IMG/VR virus record: IMGVR_UViG_3300042562_001235
Coordinates: 1-64,000 of that record
Strand: one strand, 5' to 3'
DNA: 64,000 bases
Source of the DNA: a virus
This document shows, one piece after another, positions 9,308 to 18,793 of the stretch; position 1 is the first letter of the stretch, and each line of letters opens with the position of its first letter. The position numbers and the translations under genes are program-made. Below the pieces are notes generated by a model. That model did not search any database. It was not told the DNA's origin and saw only the letters and a list, made by a program, of their open reading frames with translations.

Positions 9308-10375
9308 TTAATTTAATAACCATTTAGAATTATCACCATATGGTAATGGACCACCTGAACCTCCACGTAGAGTCTCAACATAATTGTCAATTTTACTTAG
9401 TGCTCCACCCCATTTACCATCAAATTCATTCACACATGCTTGAACTTTTTCTTTCATAGGTGCAAATGTATTTGGCTCAACTCGTTTTTTGGTTTTCCAA
9501 GCCTCATAGTAAGCTCTAATTGTATCTCTACAATCACTTTTACTTGTTGGAGTTTGATTAGTAACAGCCTCTTTAAATTTTTTGTCAATTTCTGTTGCCA
9601 CTGAACCCGTAACATTATTAGGATTGAAGTACATAACTAAATCTTGAGAGAATATACCTTCACTAGCCGGACTAACAACTTTTGATGTCCAAGTTTTAGC
9701 TTGTTCAGAATCTAATTCTTTTCTTAATTTATATCCTAAATCACTATATTTTTTAATTAGTTTTGTTTGTTCATCGTTTAGTCCTCCAGCGATTCCACTA
9801 CTTGAAACACTTCTATATAATGTAACTCCGTTAACAACTTTTTTCTCAAACATTTTTGGGTTTTCTAAGTTTTCACGAGTTGTTTTAATTTCACTAGCCT
9901 CTTTCCAATCACCTTCTGTTTTAACTAAATTAGTATCTTTAGTGTTTGCATCTTGTTGAGCCTTTAATGCTGCTTGTTGTGTTTTTATTTGTTCGGCTTT
10001 TGAACATTTCCATCTTCCTTTTTCACCTGTTGCAGGTAATAGATAAGTCATATCTGGATAAAAAATAAGAACTTGGTTAGATTTTAGAGTAGTCGTTTGA
10101 TAAGCGGGTTTTTTAGTTCCTTTTATATATTTAATTTTCCCATTTTTAAAACATCCTGCTGCCTCAGAATCCTTAAGAAATTTTCTATCAATTTCATCTT
10201 GATTCACTACAACTTCCTCTTTTTTAGGTTCCTCTTTTTTAGGTTCCTCTATTGTTCCAGGTTTTGCGTCGTTATCAGCATCAGGAGCATTTTGTTCTAA
10301 TATTGGTTTTTTCTTTAACTTAGAGTGCATTTCTAAGATTTTTTGCACTTCGTTTGAGTCTACATTAAATTTCAT
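9308..10375 (-). CDS. hypothetical Lys-rich protein
   Basis: 355-aa ORF. Confidence 0.5.
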   Translation of the reverse strand: MKFNVDSNEVQKILEMHSKLKKKPILEQNAPDADNDAKPGTIEEPKKEEPKKEEVVVNQDEIDRKFLKDSEAAGCFKNGKIKYIKGTKKPAYQTTTLKSNQVLIFYPDMTYLLPATGEKGRWKCSKAEQIKTQQAALKAQQDANTKDTNLVKTEGDWKEASEIKTTRENLENPKMFEKKVVNGVTLYRSVSSSGIAGGLNDEQTKLIKKYSDLGYKLRKELDSEQAKTWTSKVVSPASEGIFSQDLVMYFNPNNVTGSVATEIDKKFKEAVTNQTPTSKSDCRDTIRAYYEAWKTKKRVEPNTFAPMKEKVQACVNEFDGKWGGALSKIDNYVETLRGGSGGPLPYGDNSKWLLN

Positions 10376-10381
10376 CTTGTA

Positions 10382-10425
10382 ATTATTTATCTTGAATATT
10401 ATTTATCTTGAATATTATTTGATTC
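10382..10425. repeat. tandem direct repeat ATTATTTATCTTGAAT x2.6
   Basis: 16-bp unit repeated head-to-tail in the intergenic region between 9308..10375 and 10399..11451. Confidence 0.75.
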
Positions 10426-11451
10426 TTCTGAGTCACTCTCACCATCTTCAAGTCCATAATCATCCGTCTTAGCTGGTGGAGGTGGTGGTGGTGGTGGTGT
10501 TTGATTACCACATATTTTTGAAACATCAGCATCGGTAAATCCATTTGGGAATCCTTTAGCTTCTAATGCCGCTTGAGTTTTCACCCAAAACTTACCATCA
10601 GGAACTAACCCTAAACAAGTCTGTACCGGTTTTATTGCCTCTGATTTACATCCTTTAGTATAAGTACCTGTACAATTACGATATCTATTTGTAACCGGTG
10701 GTGGTGGTGGTGGTGGTGGAGTTTCTTCATTATCATCTGTAACATTCTCAACAGGCTTATCGTTAAAATAAGCGTAAAGAAGTGCAATTGTACCAAGAGT
10801 TAAACCTGCACCTAAACCCCACTTTTTAAGTGCTGACAAAGTAGTTCTATCTTTAATAGGGGTTTTTGTAATATTAGTAATGGCATCATCCACATCTGTT
10901 GGTTTTATAGGTACATTTTTTGGTACGTTTTTATTAGCAACTTTCATAGCAATTTCATCGGCAATTGCTGGGTCATATCCTTTTTTTATCAAGTCATTTT
11001 TAACTTTTGCACCTGACATATTAGGGAACTTCTTAAGTGATATGTTAGCCGCTTTATCAGTTAAAACCGTTCTTAAACTTCCGGTTACTTTACCTTGTTT
11101 TAACAATGCTTTAGCTAGAGGGCCAATTTGGTTAGCCTTTAAAGTACCTTTGGCCATTGCTGTTGCTATTTCATCACCATTTTTAAACCCTACTTGTGCA
11201 GCAACATCGTCTAAAATTTTAATACTTGCTAAGTATTTGGCATTTCCAGCTTTTTTAAGAGATGCGATAAATGCCTCATCAGCGTTCCCAAACAAAGCCT
11301 TTAACAATGTTTTAACAGGTTGTTCAGTTAATAAAGAACCATTAGAAACAAAAGTTTTATTATTTATTAAATTTTCACTTAATGTAACTTTTGTGTTATA
11401 TTTCATTAACAATTTTGCTTTATTAAGTTCTTCAAGAATTATGTTTTTCAT
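10399..11451 (-). CDS. membrane-anchored protein with a peptidoglycan-binding-like module flanked by two poly-proline linkers
   Basis: TPPPPPPPPVTNRYRNC...LGLVPDGKFWVKTQAALEAKGFP...TPPPPPPPPAKT. The LGLVPDGKF...QAAL stretch resembles PG_binding_1. A hydrophobic helix LGAGLTLGTIALLYAYF precedes it. Confidence 0.5.
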   Translation of the reverse strand: MKNIILEELNKAKLLMKYNTKVTLSENLINNKTFVSNGSLLTEQPVKTLLKALFGNADEAFIASLKKAGNAKYLASIKILDDVAAQVGFKNGDEIATAMAKGTLKANQIGPLAKALLKQGKVTGSLRTVLTDKAANISLKKFPNMSGAKVKNDLIKKGYDPAIADEIAMKVANKNVPKNVPIKPTDVDDAITNITKTPIKDRTTLSALKKWGLGAGLTLGTIALLYAYFNDKPVENVTDDNEETPPPPPPPPVTNRYRNCTGTYTKGCKSEAIKPVQTCLGLVPDGKFWVKTQAALEAKGFPNGFTDADVSKICGNQTPPPPPPPPAKTDDYGLEDGESDSEESNNIQDK

Positions 11452-11475
11452 ATTTATTATTTTTTGTTTTTTTTA

Positions 11476-12852
11476 TTACAATTCGAATGTTACTTCATCG
11501 TCCGCAAACGTTTTTGCTAACTCTGCTTCAGCTTTAGCCTGAGCTTGTTTTAATTGTTCATCAGTTATTTCACCACTCCCAACTTTTTGTTGACATCTTA
11601 AACCATCGAGACCTAATGCCGCACATATTCCGGTAGTAAGTAAAAATGATTTACCCATTCTATCAACAATTACACCTCCCGGTGGTATTGGTTTAGGATT
11701 TTTTTTCCAAATATCTTTAACTTTAGATTTAAGACTTGGTTTAGGTGTAGTAGTCTTTGGAGTTGTGTTTTTTGCTGCCGCTGCCATATCATCCACCATT
11801 TGAGACATTTTTTGTTGAACTTTTCCTCCCCAAGATTGTAGAGATTTTATTCCTAATTTTTCTCCTAAGAATTTAGCCGCCTGACCTATTAATTTTGTTA
11901 AAGAACCAATTCCTGATTTTAATAAATTAAATACTTTAAGAAAAATTCCTCCTTTACTTACCGCAGCGGCACCTAATTGTGCGAAAGATTTTATTCCTGC
12001 AAATGCAGTTTTTACTATTTTCCCTAATGAAGGAGCTAATATCGCAATTGCACTGGCGATAATACTTATGTACTCCCAACCTTTACCTGTTAATCCCTTA
12101 TAAATATCCCATAACAACAATGCTCCAAAAATAACTCCATTTGTTATTTGACCAACAACTGGTATTGCGGAAACACCCGTTAATATAGCAGTACCTCCGG
12201 CACTGAAGACCATTTTTCTCATTCCTTCCATGATACATTCAATACCACTTTTAGCACAATTCCATGCGTCAGCAATTTTATCTTTTACGTACCCCCATAC
12301 TTTACCAGCACTTTCTTTCGCCCACTGAGTAAACCCTTTTTGTCTAATCAGTTTATCTTGGTCTTTTACCCATTCAGCACCTTGTTTAACAAGGTCTTTA
12401 CCGTAATTGTAAACATTTTTAGCACCTGATTTAACGGCATCACCTACTTTATTATACCATTCACCTTGTTCAATAATTAATTTTATCGAATTCCATGAAT
12501 CTACAACTCTTTGTTCTATAAGTAATTTATCAACTGACTCGTTAATTAATAATAATTTATTACCATGATTAGTTTCCCATTCTTGGATTATTTTTATTGT
12601 ATTTTCAGGTTTTAAAGTTTCAATTAAAAAATTCAAAAATCTTCTTGGCTCAGATGTATATTCTGTCAATGAAATATTACCGGTTTTATATTTGAAATTA
12701 AAATTTTCATTTATAATATCTAAAGCAATGTTTAATGATTCAAAAGTATAAGGTACAAAGTTCCTTCCATTCAAATCATTTTGTTCAAAAGACATTTTTA
12801 CAACACCTTTATCGGTAAACAAATACCCCATATTTACGGACATTCCTATCAT
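11476..12852 (-). CDS. large membrane protein with multiple hydrophobic helices (tape-measure-like or ejection/pore protein?)
   Basis: 458 aa with Gly/Ala-rich hydrophobic segments (VFSAGGTAILTGVSAIPVVGQITNGVIFGALLLW...), then a Lys/Pro-rich tail. Confidence 0.5.
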   Translation of the reverse strand: MIGMSVNMGYLFTDKGVVKMSFEQNDLNGRNFVPYTFESLNIALDIINENFNFKYKTGNISLTEYTSEPRRFLNFLIETLKPENTIKIIQEWETNHGNKLLLINESVDKLLIEQRVVDSWNSIKLIIEQGEWYNKVGDAVKSGAKNVYNYGKDLVKQGAEWVKDQDKLIRQKGFTQWAKESAGKVWGYVKDKIADAWNCAKSGIECIMEGMRKMVFSAGGTAILTGVSAIPVVGQITNGVIFGALLLWDIYKGLTGKGWEYISIIASAIAILAPSLGKIVKTAFAGIKSFAQLGAAAVSKGGIFLKVFNLLKSGIGSLTKLIGQAAKFLGEKLGIKSLQSWGGKVQQKMSQMVDDMAAAAKNTTPKTTTPKPSLKSKVKDIWKKNPKPIPPGGVIVDRMGKSFLLTTGICAALGLDGLRCQQKVGSGEITDEQLKQAQAKAEAELAKTFADDEVTFEL

Positions 12853-13370
12853 TATATTTTTCCGTATTTTAATTCATCTTCTGTTTTAGGTTTACATAGT
12901 GAAATATTTGGTTTACTAGCACACCACTCCATTAATTGAGTTGCAACTTTAATAACTATTTTATTCATAGAACCTCTACCAAACAATTCTTCATTTAATG
13001 CGTCAAATATAGATTCTCCACCTATTGTTGGGTAATATTTAATAATTGCCATTGAATTTGCAATATTAGTAAACCCGCTTAGTAAAACATAGTCTAACCC
13101 TCCAAATTTGGTTCCTATCCCATCTACGGATTTTTTAATTGCGTTCGATGCGTTTTTAAAATTTATATTCGGATTACCAAAATTAATATTTTTAATTTGG
13201 GTTGGGTTTTTCATTACTGATTTTGTAGCGGTTTCAAAATACTCTAAATCACCAGTATTTTGTTCAAAAATAACAGTTTTATTCTCATTTAAAGTTTTTG
13301 ATGAATCATAACCCATCATTAATTTAACTCTATTTAATGCCTCTCCAGGACTATAGTGTGGTTGTACCAT
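12852..13370 (-). CDS. hypothetical protein
   Basis: 172-aa ORF; its start overlaps the stop of the upstream gene. Confidence 0.5.
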   Translation of the reverse strand: MVQPHYSPGEALNRVKLMMGYDSSKTLNENKTVIFEQNTGDLEYFETATKSVMKNPTQIKNINFGNPNINFKNASNAIKKSVDGIGTKFGGLDYVLLSGFTNIANSMAIIKYYPTIGGESIFDALNEELFGRGSMNKIVIKVATQLMEWCASKPNISLCKPKTEDELKYGKI

Positions 13371-13404
13371 ATTTTAAGTATTTTATTTTATAAATATATC
13401 GTTA

Positions 13405-13656
13405 TTACCAAATCTGATTAGCCGCACCACGATTTAATCCGGTTTGCCATTTTTCACCGGCTTTACCCAACATATTTGCCTTACCTCGTGTTAAGGTATA
13501 AAAGTCAGCCCACTTTGGTACTGACCCTCCACCACCACCTGAAGATGGTGCAGATGAGGCAGGTGCTGCGTCTTGTTCACCAATTTCATCTTTCGATTCG
13601 GTCTGTGGAGTGTATTTTTTGAAAAAATCAATAAGTGCGTTAATATCTGTAACCAT
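13405..13656 (-). CDS. hypothetical protein
   Basis: 83-aa ORF with a Gly/Ser/Ala-rich centre. Confidence 0.45.
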   Translation of the reverse strand: MVTDINALIDFFKKYTPQTESKDEIGEQDAAPASSAPSSGGGGGSVPKWADFYTLTRGKANMLGKAGEKWQTGLNRGAANQIW

Positions 13657-13690
13657 TTTTAATATTTTTTTTTGTTATTTAAATAAATAG

Positions 13691-14242
13691 TTGTACTTTA
13701 GCCGTATGAAAAAAATAATCTTAATATTATCGGTATGTTTCTTACTTTTTTCCTGTGAAGCGTATGTAACAGAAAAAAGTGATGTAACACTTAGTGGGAA
13801 ATATGTGGTTTCCAAATTAGACATTACTAACGTTGACCAAAATCAAACAAGAGATTCTTTATATCTTCTTGGGACAACGTATAACAACTCATCACTACCA
13901 AAACCATTTGATGTAATACCAATTAATCATTTTTACATTCATATGGATTATGCATCTATTAGAATGAAATTAGTAGGAGTTACTCAAGGTGGTCAAGACA
14001 TTTGGGGTTATGGTAATGCCCCCAATGAAATTTTTTACAGAATCTTAAATAACTACGCTTACGACCTTGGTTACTTACAATTTGATTACATTACGGACAA
14101 TGGTTCGTCTAGAAGAATTACATTCCACATTGAACATGACGGATATGAGAGTCTTCAGTTAAAGAGTGTTGGTGGTTGGTTTAATGGTAAGTACGGAGAA
14201 AAACAAGTTATGACAATGTTTTTAACAAGAGTGGGTCCTTAA
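13691..14242 (+). CDS. lipoprotein
   Basis: Signal peptide with lipobox LLFSC. Confidence 0.55.
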   Translation: MYFSRMKKIILILSVCFLLFSCEAYVTEKSDVTLSGKYVVSKLDITNVDQNQTRDSLYLLGTTYNNSSLPKPFDVIPINHFYIHMDYASIRMKLVGVTQGGQDIWGYGNAPNEIFYRILNNYAYDLGYLQFDYITDNGSSRRITFHIEHDGYESLQLKSVGGWFNGKYGEKQVMTMFLTRVGP

Positions 14243-14562
14243 TAGAACTCACTCTTTGGTAATTGAGATGGGTTAATTAAATAGTATTCATTTAAGAATA
14301 CGATTAACTCATCTTCATCCAATTCAATTGTTTCTTCTTCAAAAATACCTCCTTCAAAATCATCATCGTCATCAAAAAAGTCAAATGACTCAGTAACAAG
14401 GTCAAATCCGTATTCCTCAACAATAGTATAATCAATTGTGTCGTTTCTTAACACATCTTCTTCATCTTCAATAGTTCTAAATGAAACCTCAATAATATTT
14501 GTGTCACCATTTAGATAATATGATATAATTTCTTTAATTTCCATAATTAGTTTTATAAACAA
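14239..14562 (-). CDS. small highly acidic protein
   Basis: 107 aa, FDFFDDDDDFEGGIFEEE. Confidence 0.45.
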   Translation of the reverse strand: MFIKLIMEIKEIISYYLNGDTNIIEVSFRTIEDEEDVLRNDTIDYTIVEEYGFDLVTESFDFFDDDDDFEGGIFEEETIELDEDELIVFLNEYYLINPSQLPKSEFY

Positions 14563-14658
14563 ATATATTAAAACTTACAAAAAGACGAGATTTAATCAAC
14601 AAATACAATTTTTTTATTAATATTTATTCTTATATTTTTATTACAAAAACATAATAAA

Positions 14659-15240
14659 ATGAGATTTAATTCATTAACTATCGACGACTTTTACGCTAAC
14701 CCAATGCAGGTTAGAGAATTTGCACTTAAACAAGAATTTAAAGTTAGAGGTAATTATCCCGGACAAAGAACCGTATCGTTCTTAAATGACCCAATTAAAA
14801 AGAAATTAAGGGATATCTTATATCCATTTGCCGGTGAGATTACAAATTGGGGTGGAGAATATACAGGTTCTTTTCAATATACAACAGCATCCGATAGGTC
14901 ATGGATTCATGCGGATTCAACAACTGATTGGGCAGCAGTTTGTTATTTAACCCCTGACGCACCCGCAACTGCAGGTACAGGTATTTTTAGACATAAAGAA
15001 ACCGGATGGATGAATTTTGACTATAAAAAACAAAACGACCCTGAATACATGAAACAAGCACCTCCGGGACATGATATGATGGATTATACAAAATGGGAAA
15101 TGGTGGACCGAGTTGGAAATGTATTTAATCGACTAATAATGTATAGAGCCGACAACTATCACGTATCTTTAGATTATTTTGGGAAAGACCTTAATGACGG
15201 AAGATTATTTCAAGTGTTTTTCTTCAACACTGAACGTTAA
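14659..15240 (+). CDS. hypothetical protein, possible 2OG-Fe(II)-oxygenase-like fold
   Basis: Possible HxD...H triad (WIHAD ... GIFRHK) with YPGQRT upstream. Weak call. Confidence 0.35.
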   Translation: MRFNSLTIDDFYANPMQVREFALKQEFKVRGNYPGQRTVSFLNDPIKKKLRDILYPFAGEITNWGGEYTGSFQYTTASDRSWIHADSTTDWAAVCYLTPDAPATAGTGIFRHKETGWMNFDYKKQNDPEYMKQAPPGHDMMDYTKWEMVDRVGNVFNRLIMYRADNYHVSLDYFGKDLNDGRLFQVFFFNTER

Positions 15241-15665
15241 CATTGATGGTTCAAAATTAAGTCAGGGTTAAGTTCTTTAATAATTTTTAAAACCCCATCA
15301 GTACAATAACAAGTATCTAAAGTTGTTAATATTTTTTCAAATTTTTTGAAACCGATAACTAAAGGATGATATTGAGTGTTTATAGTTTTAAGCATAAAAT
15401 CAAAATTGGGGTCCCATAATTTATTATATGGAATACCTAATTCATGTAAGAAATCAATAGAATCTTCTGTATACGACTCAAAATAAGGTATTTCAATTTC
15501 TTTTAATAAAATATTAAGTTCATTTGTATCATTATTTTCTCCATAGGTTGAGCGTAAAGATAAACCAGTTTCATTTTGGTTTTTTTGCAAAAAATGCCAA
15601 AGAAAATAATCATGTTCTTTGGCAATTTTAATAAAATCTTTATGATTTACTTGAGTATTTGTCAT
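15237..15665 (-). CDS. hypothetical protein
   Basis: 142-aa ORF. Confidence 0.45.
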   Translation of the reverse strand: MTNTQVNHKDFIKIAKEHDYFLWHFLQKNQNETGLSLRSTYGENNDTNELNILLKEIEIPYFESYTEDSIDFLHELGIPYNKLWDPNFDFMLKTINTQYHPLVIGFKKFEKILTTLDTCYCTDGVLKIIKELNPDLILNHQC

Positions 15666-16264
15666 TATCTAAAATTTGCTCCACATAACCAAGTTACTAA
15701 TGACTTCCTAACCCCTGAACTTAATGGTGTCACCCTATGTAATAAAAATGATGGGAAGAAACATAATGTACCTAGTCCTTTTGGAACTTCCATTATATTA
15801 CCACCAGGATTCATTTGTAATACACCACCTTCATATTCTTCAGGTGTTGATAATTGTAATACACACGATAATTTTCTATTTGAAATACCCGGACCTAAAT
15901 CAACATGCCAATCATAGTGACCTCCGTTACCATAATATTTAGTAAATTGTAATTGGTCTTGATAATCCCATATATCAAAATTCCACAATTCTTTATTTGC
16001 AATTTTTGCATAATAGGCGATTTTCTCATAAATCCAAGAAGTTTCTTCTGTCTCATCAATCCAAGAAATTTCACTTTTTCTATAGTCAGAAACAGTGAGT
16101 TCTTGGTCACTCCCAACAGTAGTTGCTTTAATTAGTTGTTGTGTTTCACCTATTTCAATTATTTTAAGAATTTCTTCAGGTGTGAACGCATCCGTAAAAT
16201 AATAATAATTCATGTGATTAATATTACTTCGATGTTCAGGTAAAAAATGATTTGTTAATGACAT
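15665..16264 (-). CDS. 2OG-Fe(II) oxygenase, prolyl 4-hydroxylase-like (P4Hc)
   Basis: HYDWHVDLGPG...RKLSCVLQLS...GGVLQMN...LHRVTPL...RKSLVTWL gives the HxD...H...RxS signature. ORF trimmed to Met24 (MSLTNHF) to remove the 5' overlap with the divergent GT17 gene. Confidence 0.7.
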   Translation of the reverse strand: MSLTNHFLPEHRSNINHMNYYYFTDAFTPEEILKIIEIGETQQLIKATTVGSDQELTVSDYRKSEISWIDETEETSWIYEKIAYYAKIANKELWNFDIWDYQDQLQFTKYYGNGGHYDWHVDLGPGISNRKLSCVLQLSTPEEYEGGVLQMNPGGNIMEVPKGLGTLCFFPSFLLHRVTPLSSGVRKSLVTWLCGANFR

Positions 16265-16321
16265 TTGTGTTTTTTTTATTAAATTAATTATAATTAATAT
16301 TATTAATAATTTCAACACAAT

Positions 16322-17575
16322 ATGAGAAAACATAAAATAATTGACGCTATTTTTTTATACGATGAAATAGAAATGTTGCATTTTAGGTTAACGGAGTTAG
16401 ATGAGTACGTAGACGAATTCGTTATTATGGAATGTGAAATGGATTTTAAGGGTAATCCTAAACCATTGAATTATCTTGAAAATATTGATTTATTTAAAAA
16501 ATGGGAAAATAAAATAACATATCTTCCAACCCCAAAATTAACTTTTGATGATGTATCTCATCTTTATGAATCAGTTAAATTCACACGAAATTCTAATAAC
16601 GAAGACCCAAATTTTTTAGAAAAAAATGATATTAGGTTTTTTCAAATAACAATATTAATTGGTATTTTATTAGAAAAATCAATAGGGTTCGATGATTTAA
16701 TTTTAATTTCAGACGTTGATGAAATTCCAGATTTATCTAAAGTTTCTTTATTTAAACCTCATCTTAAATTTGGTGTTGTTCTTTTAAGACACACTAACTT
16801 TATATGGTCAGTAAAATATTATGATGTAATTCCAACTATAGGAACCATTGGGTTTCAATATACACGGTTAATAACAAATCCTAATATGATTTATCTTGCA
16901 TATTTCAATAAATCAGATTTATCAAAAGATAATTTTGAAATTATAGATAATGGTTATCATTTATCTCATTTTTATGATTTAGAAAAAACAATAAAAAAAT
17001 TGGAATTACTTCACGATAAAAATAGTGAGTATGATTTAAATGAGATGGTTATTAACATGAGGTACGCCTATGAAAATTTAACATCAATAAAAACTAATCG
17101 TTATCAAAAATTTTATAATTTAATTAATTATGATGGAGAATTACCTAAAAACATTGGTTTACTAAAGAATCAAGATATTGGTAGGTCGTGGAATAAAAAA
17201 AATTTAATATTACTTAATCGTACTAGAACCCCAAATGATATTAAAATGGAGGAAATGTTTGACAATATTTGTATAATTAATTTTACCGATAACCCACAAT
17301 TACCATACGAAACTATACTGTCAAAAAAAAGAACTTATTATAACATACTAAAACCTCTTAAAATTTATTATAAAACAGATGATGTTTTAGATTTAGAAAG
17401 TTTTCAAAAAGTATTTTGTATTAATGATATTAAAAAAATTGTTCAAGATTTATTACCAATAAACCAAGATTTGATAGTTTTTACTAATGAAAAAAAAACC
17501 ACAAATAGTGTTACATACTCGTGGGAAGAAATTAAAAATAAATTTATTTATGATTTAGTTAAAGATATTCTATAA
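16322..17575 (+). CDS. glycosyltransferase family 17-like (beta-1,4-mannosyl-glycoprotein GlcNAc-transferase-like)
   Basis: N-terminus KIIDAIFLYDEIEMLHFRLTELDEYVDEFVIMECEMDFKGNPKPLNY matches the GT17 domain start (f.nElDlLeiRl.eL...VD.FvivEs..tFtG.pKpl). Confidence 0.6.
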   Translation: MRKHKIIDAIFLYDEIEMLHFRLTELDEYVDEFVIMECEMDFKGNPKPLNYLENIDLFKKWENKITYLPTPKLTFDDVSHLYESVKFTRNSNNEDPNFLEKNDIRFFQITILIGILLEKSIGFDDLILISDVDEIPDLSKVSLFKPHLKFGVVLLRHTNFIWSVKYYDVIPTIGTIGFQYTRLITNPNMIYLAYFNKSDLSKDNFEIIDNGYHLSHFYDLEKTIKKLELLHDKNSEYDLNEMVINMRYAYENLTSIKTNRYQKFYNLINYDGELPKNIGLLKNQDIGRSWNKKNLILLNRTRTPNDIKMEEMFDNICIINFTDNPQLPYETILSKKRTYYNILKPLKIYYKTDDVLDLESFQKVFCINDIKKIVQDLLPINQDLIVFTNEKKTTNSVTYSWEEIKNKFIYDLVKDIL

Positions 17576-17605
17576 AAAAACCCTCATTATTGAGGGTTTT
17601 GTTTT
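17574..17605. terminator. bidirectional rho-independent terminator (CCCTCA-TTAT-TGAGGG)
   Basis: Hairpin flanked by an A-run and a T-run, sitting between convergent genes. Confidence 0.65.
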
Positions 17606-18585
17606 TAATTATATCTGCTCATTCTGTTAAACATCTCTGAGATTTTATTTTTTTGAGTTTTAAAATCTTCTTGTAGGTCTGTGTCAATTTCTTCCCACTC
17701 ATCTTCATCATTAGTTTCCATATCACCCATAGATTTTGACATTCCCATAAATTCTCCATCTGAAGAAAAACTTGGATATAGTTCTTCACTACTATCCATA
17801 TCTTCGTCCTCATTATAACTAAATCTTTGGTATGGTCCTGCAATGCCAGGTCCATCACTATCAAAATCATATGCTGGGTCCATATCTCCGTAAATTCCTT
17901 GAGAACCTGAAACATCAACTTCAGCTATTTCATCTGAGAACGCAGACTCCATTCTTTCATATTTAACTTCTTCCTCATCATCATATTCGTTAACCGGATA
18001 AACATCAAGAGGACCATTACTGTCAAAATCATATGCCGGTTCAACAGAATCAGTATCCATATCATCGGTGTTTCCACCTTGTTCATCCAATACGTCTGTT
18101 TCTGATTCTTCGTCTTCAAAACCAGTATCATCAATTACATCATCTTCTTTATAAAGATTTTTATGCATTCCTTCAAATGTTCCGTAATCGTTTCCTCCAC
18201 CTTCAACATAGTCAAAATCACCATGAGACAGATTTAAATCTCTTTCTTTATAGATGTCGTCTAATTTACCTGTACCTTCTTCTATTTCTTCGTTTGTACC
18301 ACATTGTTCACAAATACCTTCGGCCATTTGACCTCCACATTGCTCACACATACTTTTAGATTCAACTTGTTCGTTAATTCCAAAGTTTGTATATTTTTTG
18401 ACCTCACCTTTATTATTAACAACAAGACCATCCTTATCACCAGCTGGGTCATATACATATAATGGTTGGGTATTTGATACTTGAGGTTGCATTGTTTGGT
18501 AACCGTTGTATAAACTTCTGTGTTGGTCTAATATATCCGACTTTTCTGCCGCTGACAATTGACCTATTCCATAATTTGTTCTCAT
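17605..18585 (-). CDS. highly acidic protein with a zinc-ribbon and repeated DPAYDFDS(N/D)GP motifs
   Basis: CEQCGGQMAEGICEQCG zinc ribbon; two copies of MDPAYDFDSDGP / EPAYDFDSNGP; D/E-rich throughout. Confidence 0.55.
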   Translation of the reverse strand: MRTNYGIGQLSAAEKSDILDQHRSLYNGYQTMQPQVSNTQPLYVYDPAGDKDGLVVNNKGEVKKYTNFGINEQVESKSMCEQCGGQMAEGICEQCGTNEEIEEGTGKLDDIYKERDLNLSHGDFDYVEGGGNDYGTFEGMHKNLYKEDDVIDDTGFEDEESETDVLDEQGGNTDDMDTDSVEPAYDFDSNGPLDVYPVNEYDDEEEVKYERMESAFSDEIAEVDVSGSQGIYGDMDPAYDFDSDGPGIAGPYQRFSYNEDEDMDSSEELYPSFSSDGEFMGMSKSMGDMETNDEDEWEEIDTDLQEDFKTQKNKISEMFNRMSRYN

Positions 18586-18782
18586 AAATAAGTTTTAATA
18601 TAAATACACACGATTTACCCTTTTTATGTTTGACATATCGAAAATACCTTATTATATTTAATTAAGACAAGTGAAAGGTTGATAATTCATTTGATAGTAT
18701 CTTGGTAATTTACTCTTCGCCTAATTTCAACCTCACTTGTTTTTTTTTTCTTCACTATTTTTTTATTCCATAATATATCAAT

Positions 18783-18790
18783 ACCTTTGT
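18783..18790 (+). promoter_or_regulatory. Bacteroidetes-type -7 promoter box TACCTTTG
   Basis: Matches TAnnTTTG, 3 nt upstream of the ATG at 18794. Confidence 0.4.
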
Positions 18791-18793
18791 CGT

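Noticed and set aside
16322-16333. 12-nt divergent overlap of the 5' ends of the GT17 gene and the P4H-like gene
   Set aside because: The first 23 codons of the minus ORF are translated AT-rich promoter sequence (MFSHIVLKLLIILIIINLIKKTQ). Trimming it to Met24 removes the overlap.
7612-18359. Short antisense or overlapping ORFs (7612..7839, 7876..8250, 9092..9307, 10097..10300, 10880..11542, 13108..13311, 15576..15917, 15724..15942, 15895..16116, 15953..16135, 17619..17918, 17925..18134, 18033..18359 and similar)
   Set aside because: They lie inside or antisense to longer ORFs with recognisable homology. They have low-complexity composition typical of AT-rich antisense frames.
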